Assembly: GCA_963750165.1 (NCBI GenBank)
Contig: CAVVPN010000011.1
Span: 1,856,001-1,920,000, forward strand
Source: an uncultured Gemmataceae bacterium
GTDB taxonomy: Bacteria > Planctomycetota > Planctomycetia > Gemmatales > Gemmataceae
DNA length: 64,000 nt
Reading direction: 5' to 3'
The notes beneath the pieces are model-generated. The model saw nothing but the letters and a program-made list of their open reading frames with translations. It searched no databases and was not told the origin of the DNA. The first letter of the stretch is position 1. Every line of letters begins with the position of its first letter. The position numbers were made by a program, and so were the translations under genes. This document shows positions 48,456 to 60,509 of this stretch, piece by piece.

Positions 48456-51400
48456 TTACGCCAGTTTCATCAGTTTGCGCATCAACCACTCCAGCGACAG
48501 CAGGCCGACGACCGCCAGCAGCACCCACGACATGTGCAGCGGCAGCAGGGCCCATTCGGGCTGGTAGATGTTGTTGGCCAGGTACAGGCCCAGCGAATAC
48601 ACGCCGGTGAGGGCCACGGTCACGATGGCGGCGATCCAGCGGCCGATCACCAGCAGGATCAGCACCGCCACCGCCGCCACCACGGCCGGCACCAGCAGCA
48701 GCACGTTGTAAGCCGACATCACCATGTACAGTTCCAGGTCGCCGTTCAGGCCCCAGATGGAGGCGACGACGATCAGCAGCGCCAGCGTCACCGCCAGGGT
48801 GGCGCCGCCAACGACCGCCAGCGCCTGCCAGCGGCCGCTGATGAGCAGCAGCAGACACATGAAGCCGCCCAGCACCGCCGGGATCAGCAGCAGGCCCCAC
48901 GCCGGCACAAACACCGGCTCATCGGCTGCAGGCCGCCAGCCCTCGTCCCACATCTCCTTGAAGGCCCCCTTCGTCTCCTGCCGCTCGGGCGCCTGCTTTT
49001 CGATGAACTCGTACAGGTTCCGGGCCTGCTCCTCGTCGAGGAACAGCCGATCCGCCGCCGACACCTTGCCGGGGTCCACGTTGTCGATGCGCCGCTGCGA
49101 CTCCTGCAATATCTGCTCCAGCCTGGCCTTCTTGGCGGCCTTGACCTCCTTGTCGCCGGACAGCCCTTCGAGCAGCGAACGGTAGTCCGTGGACATCTGG
49201 TACAGGCTGTAGAAGTTCGGCCGCGGATTGCCGGTCTCGACGTTGAGCGGCAGCACCACGAACGAGTGGCTGATCTTCTCGCGCTCGCCGTCGGGCACCT
49301 GAATGTCCACGACGTAGACGCCGGGGGTCTTGACCTCCAGGGTGTTCGTGAAGATGCCGTCGTCGGTACTGGCGTCCTTGGCGGTCAGGTTGAACGGCAC
49401 GCCGTCCTTCTTGCCTGCCTCGGCCGGCGCGTCCAGCCGGCGCAGGGTGCCCTGCGGCCGGATGAGCCGCTTGACCAGCTGGCCGGCGGCGTCGCGCACC
49501 TCGGCCTCGATCTTGACGGGGCCGACGAGGTACTCCTCGGCCATGAAAATCTTGCCCTGCTTGCGCGTCTCGCTGCTGGTGCTGACGAAGGCCGCCAGCC
49601 GCAGCCAGAATTTTTGGTGGAACTGGGCGCTCAGGTGCCGCAGTCGCCACGACTCCTCGGAGCCGATGTAGAACGACTTGCCCTTGCCCTGCGGCTGGCC
49701 GTAGACGAAGTACGGCATACCGCCCTCGTGCTCGAACTCGGCGACCACCTTGGCGAAGGCGCTCTTCTCCATGATCGGCTGCGCCCGATAGAAGCCGCGC
49801 TTCTCGTCCGGGTCGGCCGGATGGAAGAACTGATCCCAGCTCTTGTCGCCGTCGAGGTAGATGAACGGATAGTCCTTGGAGTTGAGGAAGAACAGCGGCT
49901 GCGGCGTGACGCGCTGCACGGGCGGCTTGCCCTTGAAGACGCGGTCGGCGTCCTCATCGCGGCTGTCCTTGAGGGTGACCGGCAGCAGCGACAGCAGCGG
50001 CTTGAGCTTCTCGGCGTCCTCGCCGGGCGTGGCCAGCTTGTCGGTGTTGGTGTCGCCGGCCACGAAGATGAGGCCACCCTTGTCCTCGGTCGCCCAGCGG
50101 TGCAGCAACTCGATCTGCCGCGCCTCCAGCGCCGCCCAGTTGAAGTCGAAGGCGATGATGAGGTCGTAGCGCTTCAGGTTGTACGGGTCGGTGACCTCGG
50201 AGCGGTCGGTGTCCTTTTTGTCCTTTTCCTTGTCGCCGCCAGTCTTCTTGGGCGCCTCGAACTTGTTGGGGAACTGCGTCAACAGGTTCTGCGGGTCGAT
50301 ATCCTGGTTGATGTCCTCGCCGTCGGCGCCCTGCAGGTAGATGGCCAACTTGACGCGCTCGGCCTGGTGCTCGCGGTAGAACATGGTGCGCGTGAACTGG
50401 TAGTCCTTGGACGGGCCGCCGGCGATCATGAGGATCGACAGCCGTTTGTCGGAGATTTGCACGACCTTGCCCGGTTCGGTGACGTGCTCGGGGTCCGCGA
50501 AGTTCTCGCGCGGGTGGCGTGGCACCTTGACGATGAAACGCCACTGCCCCTGCAGCTTGCCCTCGTGGTCGGCCTTGATGTCCGCGACGTTGACCAGTTT
50601 GGCCAGTTCGGTGAGCGGCACATTGAACTCGACCTCCGCGGCCGGGAACTCGCCGGTGCTCAGCTTGACCTTCTGCGAGGCGATGGGCAGCGGCTTGACG
50701 GCGGGGTCCTTGACCATGGCGCCCTTGGGGTCGCGGATGGGCTCGCCGGTGTTGGGGTCGCGCAGGTGTTCGAGGTCATTCTGATACTTGTCGGCGATCT
50801 TCGTGACGAACAGCTGGACGGTGATGGTTTCGCCGGGCAGGCGGTCGCCGAAGATGGGCGCGATCACCTTGAAACTCTCGTCGTCGGGCCGCACGGTGGT
50901 CGGAGCGCGGAGCGGGTTGAGGCGGATGCGCGTCGGCTGATTGTATTCGCCGATGCCGACGGTCCAGACCGGCACCAGCTTGCGCGGGTTGTTGGCCAGG
51001 TTGACAATCTGCCGGTACGCTTCCTCGCTGCCCTTGTTGTTCTGGCCGTCGCCGATGACGATGACGGCCTGGACGTTGTTATTGCTCTCGCGCTGCATGA
51101 GCCGCAGCACGGCACCGTAGTCGGTGCCGTTGAGCATCTGCTCGTAGCGGACCTTGCGCTCGGCGATGTACTGCTCGCGCTCGGCGCCCTTGAGGTCGTC
51201 GCGCGGCCGGATGGTGCGGGGGTCGAGCGTCAGCCAGCGCTTCCAGTCCGCGGCGGCCCAGGTGTGATTACCCTGGAAGGTGACGCTTTCCTCGTCGGCG
51301 ACGCCGCCGAAGCGGTAGGCGACCAGCGGCGCCCTGCCCTCGAGACGCTGCACCAGGCTGAGCTTCTTGCCGCTCTTGTCGGCGAAGGGCGTGGTCAGGA

Positions 51401-51944
51401 GCTTGACGACCTTTTCCTGGCGCGTGGGCCGGAGGTTCGGGTTCTGACCGGGCTGGGGCAGGTCGTCCTGGTGGTTCATGCTGGCGGACACGTCGAACAG
51501 CAGGAGGATGCGGGCGGGCGTCTCGTAGCTGTTGTAGTATTGCCAGCCTGGCAGCAGGAACACCAGGGCGAGGATGGCGTAGACGCAGCAGCGCAGCAGG
51601 CCGAGGAAGGCCGCCAGCACGGGGTGGATGGTCTGGGCGTCGCGCTTGTACATCAGGACGATGTAGACGAACGCCACGGCCAGGACCGGGGCGAGGATGA
51701 GCCACCAGCCGAACAGGTCCTTGAACAGGTAGCCGAGGGCGAGGTAGGGCACCGCCAGGACGAGGACGACGCCGCCAAAGATGCCGAGGGTGGCCAACCT
51801 GTTTTCGCGACGGAACAGGACAATCAGGCCGACGACCGCCAGCGCGAACAGCACCGGGAACAACAACTCCCAGCCGCCGAGGCCTTCCTGCAGACGGCGG
51901 AAGAGAAATTCACTGCTCTGGGTGGTCTTGGTATCGGATAACAT
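48456..51944 (-). CDS. Membrane protein with vWA domain and glutamine-amidotransferase-like domain
   Basis: N-terminal TMs; MIDAS FDVSASM...TD...IGDG; YDLII.FD, GGLIFVAG, LLPV, ESWR, FW; C-terminal TMs ending EWLMRKLMKLA. Confidence 0.88.
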   Translation of the reverse strand: MLSDTKTTQSSEFLFRRLQEGLGGWELLFPVLFALAVVGLIVLFRRENRLATLGIFGGVVLVLAVPYLALGYLFKDLFGWWLILAPVLAVAFVYIVLMYKRDAQTIHPVLAAFLGLLRCCVYAILALVFLLPGWQYYNSYETPARILLLFDVSASMNHQDDLPQPGQNPNLRPTRQEKVVKLLTTPFADKSGKKLSLVQRLEGRAPLVAYRFGGVADEESVTFQGNHTWAAADWKRWLTLDPRTIRPRDDLKGAEREQYIAERKVRYEQMLNGTDYGAVLRLMQRESNNNVQAVIVIGDGQNNKGSEEAYRQIVNLANNPRKLVPVWTVGIGEYNQPTRIRLNPLRAPTTVRPDDESFKVIAPIFGDRLPGETITVQLFVTKIADKYQNDLEHLRDPNTGEPIRDPKGAMVKDPAVKPLPIASQKVKLSTGEFPAAEVEFNVPLTELAKLVNVADIKADHEGKLQGQWRFIVKVPRHPRENFADPEHVTEPGKVVQISDKRLSILMIAGGPSKDYQFTRTMFYREHQAERVKLAIYLQGADGEDINQDIDPQNLLTQFPNKFEAPKKTGGDKEKDKKDTDRSEVTDPYNLKRYDLIIAFDFNWAALEARQIELLHRWATEDKGGLIFVAGDTNTDKLATPGEDAEKLKPLLSLLPVTLKDSRDEDADRVFKGKPPVQRVTPQPLFFLNSKDYPFIYLDGDKSWDQFFHPADPDEKRGFYRAQPIMEKSAFAKVVAEFEHEGGMPYFVYGQPQGKGKSFYIGSEESWRLRHLSAQFHQKFWLRLAAFVSTSSETRKQGKIFMAEEYLVGPVKIEAEVRDAAGQLVKRLIRPQGTLRRLDAPAEAGKKDGVPFNLTAKDASTDDGIFTNTLEVKTPGVYVVDIQVPDGEREKISHSFVVLPLNVETGNPRPNFYSLYQMSTDYRSLLEGLSGDKEVKAAKKARLEQILQESQRRIDNVDPGKVSAADRLFLDEEQARNLYEFIEKQAPERQETKGAFKEMWDEGWRPAADEPVFVPAWGLLLIPAVLGGFMCLLLLISGRWQALAVVGGATLAVTLALLIVVASIWGLNGDLELYMVMSAYNVLLLVPAVVAAVAVLILLVIGRWIAAIVTVALTGVYSLGLYLANNIYQPEWALLPLHMSWVLLAVVGLLSLEWLMRKLMKLA

Positions 51945-51956
51945 GCGTTCCTCACA

Positions 51957-52035
51957 TAGTCATTAGTCATCAGTCATTAGTCATTAGTTTCAAAGAACCT
52001 TCCTTCGGCCGGTTCTTGCTAATGACTAATGACTA
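51957..52035. repeat. Gene-less inverted (TTAGTCA)n heptamer element
   Basis: tagtcattagtcatcagtcattagtcattag-tttca...-ctaatgactaatgacta. Confidence 0.85.
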
Positions 52036-55000
52036 CGCGGCACGCGCCTCCGTTTTGGCGACCTGGGCGGGCAGCTCCGCCTCGTTATTACGCAGGTGGA
52101 AGCTCAGGTGAACGGCCAGCGCCTGCTCGGCGATCAGCACTGCCAGGAAGAACAGGAAGAACCACGGCGTCTGCGACAGATCCTGCGGCCGCGCTACCAG
52201 GGACTCACCGCTGTCGTCCGGGCCGATGAAGTAGATCGCCTTCTGCTCGGGCCGGCGGCCCTGGTTGGCCTCGCGCAACAGGTTGCCCTCCATCTCGTCC
52301 TGCGACACGCGCGTCAGGTTGCCCTCGCGGCGCGCGTCCACGTTGTACACCTGACTGATCTCCTCGAGCGATTTGACGTCGCCGCGGTTGGCCTTGGTGA
52401 AGCGCTTCAGCGTGGCCTCGTCGAGGCCCTTCAACTGGGCCTCGTCGAAGACCTCCACCAGCGCGAAGCCGGGCTCCGGCGTGTTCTTGAACTCGAACAC
52501 CCGGGACGGCTTCTCCGTGGCATCCTTGTCGTCCTTCTTGTCGTCCTTCTTGGGTTCGCGCCGGACGATGACCTCCCTGGCCCACTCCGAGTCGAGTTCC
52601 TTTTCGGGCTGGCCCGACTCGGGGCGGTAGAACGAGCGGAGCACACGCAGGTTCGTCACGCCGGGGGGCAGGTGGGCGGGGTCCACGCTGACGGTGGCGC
52701 CCGGCCCGAGCAAGCGGGCGTTGCTGCCGCCCTGGCTGGCGAGGTAGTTCTGCATCTCGAACAGCATCGGCGCGTAAATGCCAGTACTGGCCCACGGGTT
52801 CCATTCGTTGCCGGCCGTGCTCATCCACGCCGCCACGCGGCCCTTGCCGTATTCCTTGACGACCAGCATCGGATGGCTGTAACGCAGTTGCTGCCGCACC
52901 GCCACCACCTGCTCGCGCAGCGCGCTGATCTTCGGGTCCGGCAGGTTCCAGAATTCGACCAGGTTCGGGTGGTTCGCCAGGTCCGCGACCTGGCCGCGGT
53001 CGTTCAGCAGGGCGCCGAGCACGTCCGCCACCTCGTAGGCCGGCCGCTCGTCCACCTGCAGACCCGTTTTGGCCGGCTTCTCCTCGCCGTCCTTCTTGTC
53101 CTCGTCCTTCTTCTCCACAGGGACGACCGCCGCATTCACGTCGGTCAACAGCAGCAGGTCGTCGCTGTAGCGCTTCAGCCCCGGCCGGTACGACTTGTAG
53201 CGCGCGTCCACCGCGTTGATGGCACGGGCCAGTTCGCGCACCTCGTCGATATACACGCGCTTGCTCTGGCCCTTGACCGTGAAGAATTTGCCGATGGGGT
53301 CCGTGTTGGGCCGGGTGAGGATCTCCTTGACCTTGCCCGTGGCGCTGGACCAGTGCTGCCGATCCAGGGCGGGGAAGTAGCGATCCACGGCGCCACCTTG
53401 AGCCAGCCGATCTGGTTCTTGTTCTGCCGCAGCAGCGGCCCGAAGATCAGCACCTGGTCCTCGCTGGGGGCCAGGTCCTCGCGCAGCAGCAGCTGGAACT
53501 GGAAGGGGTCGCGGCGCGGCACAACGTTGCCCTTTTTCGCCTCGTCCCCCGTCGGGAAGGTGTCGCCAGCGAGCGGCACCGGGAACAGGCCCTCGCCCTT
53601 TTTGTACAGGTTTTCGTTGTAATAACCGACGTTGACGTTCGGCCCCAGGAAGAAGGCGACGCCGCCGCCGTTCTGCACATACTTCTCCAGCCGTGCCAGC
53701 TGCTCCTTCTCCAGACTGGGCACGTCCATCAGGATGATGCTCTGATACCTGTCCAGGTCGGGGCTGGTCAGCACGGTGCGGGCGTCTCCACCGACCGCCA
53801 ACTCGTGCTTGTAGCCGAGAACCGCCTTGTAAATGGGCCGGGCCGTCTTCTTGATCGGGTCGATGATCTCGCGTTCGACGGCGCTGCTCACGGCCAGGCT
53901 GTCCCCGGCCCGCTTGTCCGGGATGTCGAGTTTGACTATGCGGAGCAGTTTGCCGGACATGTCATACACGGGCCGCTCGAGGACCGGTTCGAGTTTCATG
54001 CCCGCAGCGCCGCGGCTGTCCACGAGCAGGATGGGCACCTGGTCGCGCAGCTCGACGCTGGCGTGGCGGACGTTGTCCTCGGCGATGCCGTCGTTCTTGA
54101 GGGTGGTGCGGTCGGGGCTGACCAGGTGGGCCGACAGGCGAGCGTAGATGGTCTCCTGGTCCTCACCGGCACCCTCCTCGAAGCGGCCGGTGGGCGTGGC
54201 GAAGCGGGCGGTGGCGGTGCCCATGGCCGGCACGACCAGCGGCATGCGATCGAGGAAATCGCCCTCGTCGATCACCTTGCCGGTTTTGTCGTCGTGGACG
54301 ACCAGGCGGACGGACGCCTCACTGGTGCTGTAGTTGGCGACGGTGATGCGGAACTCAGCCCGACGGCTGCGCGGCACCACACGGTTGGTGGCCTGGAAAT
54401 CGACGATGGCCAGGTTGTCGCGGGCGGTGGGCACGCCGCCCTGGCCCTCGACGCGGTTGGGGGCGACCGTGTCGATCAGCCGCACGGTGACGCCGCGCTT
54501 GTTATCGACGGTCATTTTGAGGAGGGCCTGGTGCAGACCGCGGGCCCGCGCCCCGGTCCAGTCGTCCTTGCGGAAGTCGCTCAGAACGTGGACCACGACC
54601 TTGCTTTCGGGGTTCTCGCGAATGAGGTCGTTGGCCTTGTTGAGGCCGTGCAGCAGTTCGACGTGCAGCCTGGTCGGTTGCAGTTCCGCCAGGTCCTTGT
54701 TGATCTTATCAACGGTGTCGCGCTCGCCGAGGTCGCCGTAGGTCTTGAACTTGTAGTCCGGCTCGGTGACCAGTTTTGAGAGCGGAATGATGGTCAGGCG
54801 CTCGATGCCGTTGGACTGTTTGAGGTTATCGACGATCTTTTTAGTGATGACATCCTTGGCGACCTTGAAGCAGGTGGGGGCGCCATCCTTGTCCTGCTTG
54901 TCGGTCATGCTGAGGGTGTCGTCGAGCAGGACAACGTGCAGGGTTTCCTGATCGGCGGTGGAGCCGAAGGAGAAGCCCAGGAAGCGGCCCACGAGCAAGG

Positions 55001-55217
55001 CGGTGAGCAGCACCAGCAGGCAGCGCAGCGCCAGCAGCAGCAGTTGCTCGATGATGAGCCGGCGGCGGCTGCGCTTCTGGGCCTTGAGCAGGAACTCCAT
55101 CGCGGCCCAGCGCAGCCGCTTGAAGCGCATGCGGTTAATCAGGTGGATGATGATCGGCGCACTGATGAGCGCGCCGCCGGCCGCGACGTATCCGGGATTT
55201 GTGAATAACTCAATCAT
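52033..55217 (-). CDS. BatA-N/vWA membrane protein, frameshifted near 53390
   Basis: PIIIHLINR.RFKRLRWAAMEFL...LLLALRCL; LDDTLSM...LSDF; GGGVAFFLG. Continues in ORF 52033..53388 (GKGRV, NVD.REGNL, LIAEQALA). Confidence 0.85.
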
Positions 55218-55324
55218 GGGTCGTCCGTTCAGGAAGCGGGCAGGAGCGCAAATCGATTCAGTTGGTTCAGGATGTTCACGAGACGATCCGCCTTCTTTTC
55301 TGCCGCTTGCGGCAGCACCAGCCA

Positions 55325-56251
55325 TCAAGCGCGTGCCTTCGCCGCTTTCGAGATCGCCATGCGGTGGTGCAGGAACTTGGCCAGCACCGCGTCGAGGTAT
55401 TCGCCGGTGTGGACCAGGGCGTAGTCGATGCCCTGCCGTGAACAACCGCGGCGCACCTCCACGAGATACTCCTCCAGCGCCTCGATGTAGCCGTCACGCA
55501 GCGCCCGCGGGTCGCAGAGCACGTGCTGCAGCTCCTCCATGCCCTCGAAGCGTGTGGTGCCGCTGAAGGGGAACTTCAGCTCGTCGTCGTCCATGACGTG
55601 GAAGACGAGCACGTCATGGCGACGGTGCCGCAGCATTTCGAGACCGCGGAACAGCGATTCGCGGTCCACCAGCAGATCGGAAATCAGCACGACCATGCCG
55701 CGCGACGGCATGCTCTCGGCGACGCGCTTGAGGATCTTTTCCGGGTCGGTCTTGTCACGCGGCCGGCTGACGTCCATGGCCTTGACCAGGGCGTCGATGT
55801 GCGTATTAGCACTGCGCGGCGGGATGACCTGGCGGACATTCTCGTCGAAGGTAATCAGGCCGCAGGAGTCCTGCTGGCGCAGCAGCAGGAAGGCGAGGCA
55901 GGCGGCGATGGTGCAGCCGTAGTCGTACTTGTTCATCGGGCCGCGGCCGTAGTGCATCGAGTTGCTGACATCCACGACCAACGTGGTGCGCAGGTTGGTC
56001 TCTTCCTCGAACTGCTTGATGTAATACTTGTCGGTCTTGGACCAGACCTTCCAGTCGAGGTGGCGGATGTCGTCGCCAGGGGTGTAGTCGCGGTGCTGCA
56101 CGAACTCGACGCTGTGGCCGAAGAACGGGCTGCGGTGCATACCAGAGATGAAGCCCTCGACCACCTGGCGGGCGCGCAGGTCGAGCCGGGAGATGCGCGC
56201 GATGGTCGTGGGGTGCAGGAAGCGGCGGGGGTCGTCGGTTTTTACGGCCAC
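55325..56251 (-). CDS. DUF58 (vWA-like) MoxR-associated protein
   Basis: G.HRSPFFG.SVEF.QHR.Y.PGDDIR.LDWK...KQFEEETN...DVSNSM...ISDL. Confidence 0.95.
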   Translation of the reverse strand: MAVKTDDPRRFLHPTTIARISRLDLRARQVVEGFISGMHRSPFFGHSVEFVQHRDYTPGDDIRHLDWKVWSKTDKYYIKQFEEETNLRTTLVVDVSNSMHYGRGPMNKYDYGCTIAACLAFLLLRQQDSCGLITFDENVRQVIPPRSANTHIDALVKAMDVSRPRDKTDPEKILKRVAESMPSRGMVVLISDLLVDRESLFRGLEMLRHRRHDVLVFHVMDDDELKFPFSGTTRFEGMEELQHVLCDPRALRDGYIEALEEYLVEVRRGCSRQGIDYALVHTGEYLDAVLAKFLHHRMAISKAAKARA

Positions 56252-56297
56252 GGGTGTGGGTTCCTTGTTGCGTGCGTGGGGCGCGGGTCAATCGTCG

Positions 56298-56765
56298 TCA
56301 CGGGCCTGTTTGCTGGAGGGAATGCGGCACGGGTTCTTCCTGGGCGTGCGCTGGCGCCACCTGCACGGGCACCGGGGTGATCGTGAAGTGGTGCTCCGAG
56401 GGCGTATTCATGAAGGACACCTTCCAGGACTGCGGACACACCTCCGGGTGCGTGTTCTCGTTCAAGAGGATGAGCCCTTCGCCTCCGTAAAGCGTTCCTT
56501 GCAGGCTGCCGCTTTCGGTGCAGAGAACACTTAACCGAGCACAGAGCATCCGCAACTTGGTTTTGGCCCTGCCTAACGGTGCCACCCAGGCCGGTTGGCC
56601 CGTTGTTTCGAAACGCAATCCGGTATCAGCGTCGCGAGTGCCACGGACTTCCCCAACTTCCCCAGACAGGGCCAACAAGTCATCAAGGAAACGCACCAGG
56701 CCGCCTTGATGATCGTCGGCCAGGTGCGTCAGCACCAACTCGCGGATTCGGCTCTCGGCGTTCAT
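56298..56765 (-). CDS. Hypothetical protein resembling a stand-alone GspE/PilB N2 (PAS-like) domain
   Basis: VRFLDDLL...LRFETTG...LCARLSVLC...GEG...WKVSFMNT; ATGA overlap with the upstream gene. Confidence 0.6.
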   Translation of the reverse strand: MNAESRIRELVLTHLADDHQGGLVRFLDDLLALSGEVGEVRGTRDADTGLRFETTGQPAWVAPLGRAKTKLRMLCARLSVLCTESGSLQGTLYGGEGLILLNENTHPEVCPQSWKVSFMNTPSEHHFTITPVPVQVAPAHAQEEPVPHSLQQTGP

Positions 56766-57123
56766 GGAACCACGATCCTCCTGGGCAGCGTTGGCCAGAG
56801 GGTAAGGAGTTCTTCCAGCCCAAACCCGGGCTCAAACCGGATCTCCCCAACACCTCTGCCTTTTGTGCGAGCGACTCAGGCACCGCAACCTCGATTATGG
56901 CAGGTCCACCCTCATTCGGGAACAGCAACGCCTTCGCGGCCGCAACATCTGCCGGTTCACCGCACAGGCACGGCTCACCAATTCGGGCGGTCGAGAACCC
57001 TTCTGCGGTATCCGGGACACCTGGTTCCTTGAAGTCCGGGTCTGGCCCATGGTCGAGGATCGCCTCCGCTCGTCTCATCGTGGTCCCGTGTCTGAGCCAA
57101 ACGAAGGGTTCGTCGGAAGCCAT
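56762..57123 (-). CDS. Small putative ADP-ribosyltransferase-like protein, frameshift near 56848
   Basis: LRHGTT...AEAI...GFST...GGPAIIEV.VP. Shifted frame gives GEIRFEPGFGLEELLTLWPTLPRRIVVP* with its TGA overlapping the next ATG. Confidence 0.55.
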
Positions 57124-57176
57124 CGCTGTTCACTCGCATCCATGACGATCGCGCAAACAACCATGTGCCATGCCCC

Positions 57177-57912
57177 TCAGCTTCGACTGCGACTCGCCTT
57201 GAACGAGCCGGCCGTCTTGCCAGACCTTTTGGCCGGGATGTCGTCGTCAAAGTCCCGATCCGGCAGCGGGCGTTTCTTCTTCTTTTTCGGGGCGTTGTTC
57301 TTCAGCACCATCCAGATGACGCCGCCGGTGATGCCCGCGATGGCGAGGAACACTACCACGCCGGCCACAATGATGATCGCCAGGGTGCCGCCGCTCGGGC
57401 CGCTATCGGCGACTTGAGGTGCTGCCCCGACCCCTGTTGGCGTCGTTGCCCACCGGGCCAATGACCAGTTTGTCGCCGCCGGCTTTCTTCTCGGGCTGTC
57501 GCTGCGGCGGATTGTTGTTCACTACCGGGTTGCCGCCGCCGATGCCGTTCATGATCCGGGCGCCACAGCTCGGGCAGGTGGCCGGCGGGAACGCGCCGGT
57601 GCCCATGACCGCGTTGCACCGGCTGCACTTCCAGACGCTCTGCATCTGGGGCATCTGGATTGGCGGCGGCGGTTTGAACTGCGGCGGCTGCATGATGGGC
57701 GGTTGTTTGAACTGCGGCGGCTGCATGATGGGCGGTTGTTTGAACTGCGGCGGCTGCATGATGGGCGGTTGTTTGAACTGCGGCGGTTGCATGACGGGCG
57801 GCGGGTTGAACTTCTGCTGCGCTTCCAGGCCGCCGCCGACGAAAATGACCAGCGCGGGGAGCGCGAGCGCGAAGGCGATTCCGAGACGCCGTAGATTCGG
57901 ACAACGCTGCAT
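57177..57912 (-). CDS. Membrane protein with 11-aa PPQFKQPPIMQ repeats and Zn ribbon, frameshifted near 57430
   Basis: Signal-like N-term, 33-bp tandem repeats, CSRC...CPSC; TM helix and KKKKK tail in ORF 57177..57461. Confidence 0.7.
57662..57805. repeat. 33-bp coding tandem repeat (about 4 copies)
   Basis: gggcggttgtttgaactgcggcggctgcatgat units. Confidence 0.9.
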
Positions 57913-57965
57913 GACACACCCAGGAGAGTTAGGTAACACTCGGCAACCAATCACCACGCTGTTTC

Positions 57966-58009
57966 CGCCGTTGGCGGCGTAGCGCGCTGCCGCTACGCCG
58001 CCAACGGCG
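57966..58009. terminator. 19-bp-stem hairpin just downstream of MoxR
   Basis: cgccgttggcggcgtagcg-N6-cgctacgccgccaacggcg. Confidence 0.6.
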
Positions 58010-58017
58010 CGTCCAAA

Positions 58018-59133
<1,116 letters not shown>

Positions 59134-59306
59134 GCGGGTCTCATCTCGTTGAAGGAAAAACTAACAAGAACCCACCACGTCCGGCGCCCACTGCGCCGGA
59201 CGTTGGGGTTTTAATCCTGGCGGGGTTTGGGGTGTTGCCAGCGTTCTTCCGTGGGGCAGACAGGAATGTCTGCCCCACGGAAGAACGCTGCAGTCGCATC
59301 AGTTCT

Positions 59307-60444
59307 TTATCTTTGATAGATAGGCAAGGTGCCCTTGTCCAGTTGCAGGATGGTGCAGTAAATAGCGGTGGAGTACACCGGGCCGACACCGAAGCCGCCC
59401 TGCTGGCTGGTCCAGCTACCGTCCTTGTTCTGCGCCTTGACCAGGTCGTCGAACATCTTGTTGCGGTATTCGGTCCAGGTCAGCTTGGCGCCGCCCTCGC
59501 CGGGGAACAGTTTCTCCCAGCCCTTGTCGCCGAGCGTGTAAATGCTCTGGGCGAAGTAGTAGTGCGTGTACTCGTCGTGGCCGATGCGGATGCCGCCGTT
59601 GCCCAGGCCCAGGCCAATCGGGATGCGCTCCTGACACGCCTTGAGCCACTTCTTGGCGTACTCGTCCTTGTATTCGCCGGAGTTGAACAGGCAGGCCACG
59701 GCGGCGGCGGTAATGGCCGGCCGCTCGATCTTCTGGTTGAAGCTGTAATAGACCTGGCCGGACGGGCTGGTGCAGTCCTTGAGGTACTTCTGAGCCTTGA
59801 CGATCGCGTCCTTGGGCACGGGAATGCCGGCGTTGCGCCGCCCGCAGCGCCTGCACCTGGGTGATGGTCACGGAGCCCTCGTCGTTGTCGCCGCCCTCGG
59901 CGCGCGAGGTGTAGTACCAGCCGCCCTTGCTCGACTGGGCGTTAATCATGTACTTGACGCCGCGCGTCAGGATGTCGCGCAGCTCGGCGCGGCGCTTGGC
60001 GTTGCCCTCGTCGCCGTAGACACAGGCCAGAAACATCAACCCGAAACCGTGGCCGTACATGTAGCGGATGGCCTCGTTCTGCTCGGTGGTGTCGCCGATC
60101 AGGCCGTCGCGCTGGTTGCCCTTCTGCGACTTCTTCATCAGCCAGGTGACCGCCCGCTCGATCTGCTTGGCGTACTTGCCCTCCTTGGGAGTGCTGCCCT
60201 CCATGAGCAGGGCCATGCCGGCCAGCGCGGTCATGGCGACCGGATACTGGCCGCCGTTGGCGGCCCAGTGGCCCTCCTTCTTGTCGTCGGAGACGATCTG
60301 TTTTTCGACGAGCCATTTCAGCCCGTCGTTGATGGTCTGGCGATATTTCTTGGGGATCTCGTCAGCCCGGGCGCGCGGGGCGGGGCCGACGGTCAGCGCC
60401 GCCAGGGCGGTCAGGGACGCCACAACCACGGTCAAGCGAAACAT
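59307..60444 (-). CDS. Exported prenyltransferase/squalene-oxidase-repeat protein, frameshifted near 59838
   Basis: GLKWL, MTALAGMALL.EGST, YMYGHGF, QSSKGGWYY, DEGSVT. ALRAA(RNAG) is broken by a 2-bp loss; continues in ORF 59307..59819 (HDEYTHYY, QNKDGSW, LPIYQR). Confidence 0.88.
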
Positions 60445-60509
60445 GCGCTGAACTCCTCCAAGGGCGAAAGGCCGCCGGGCCGGGGAGAGGCACGGCCCGG
60501 CGGCTTGGT

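Noticed and set aside
40677..51941. Very long plus-strand ORFs (40677..43691, 44482..48567, 48453..51941)
   Set aside because: Antisense shadows of high-GC minus-strand genes, with no recognisable motifs.
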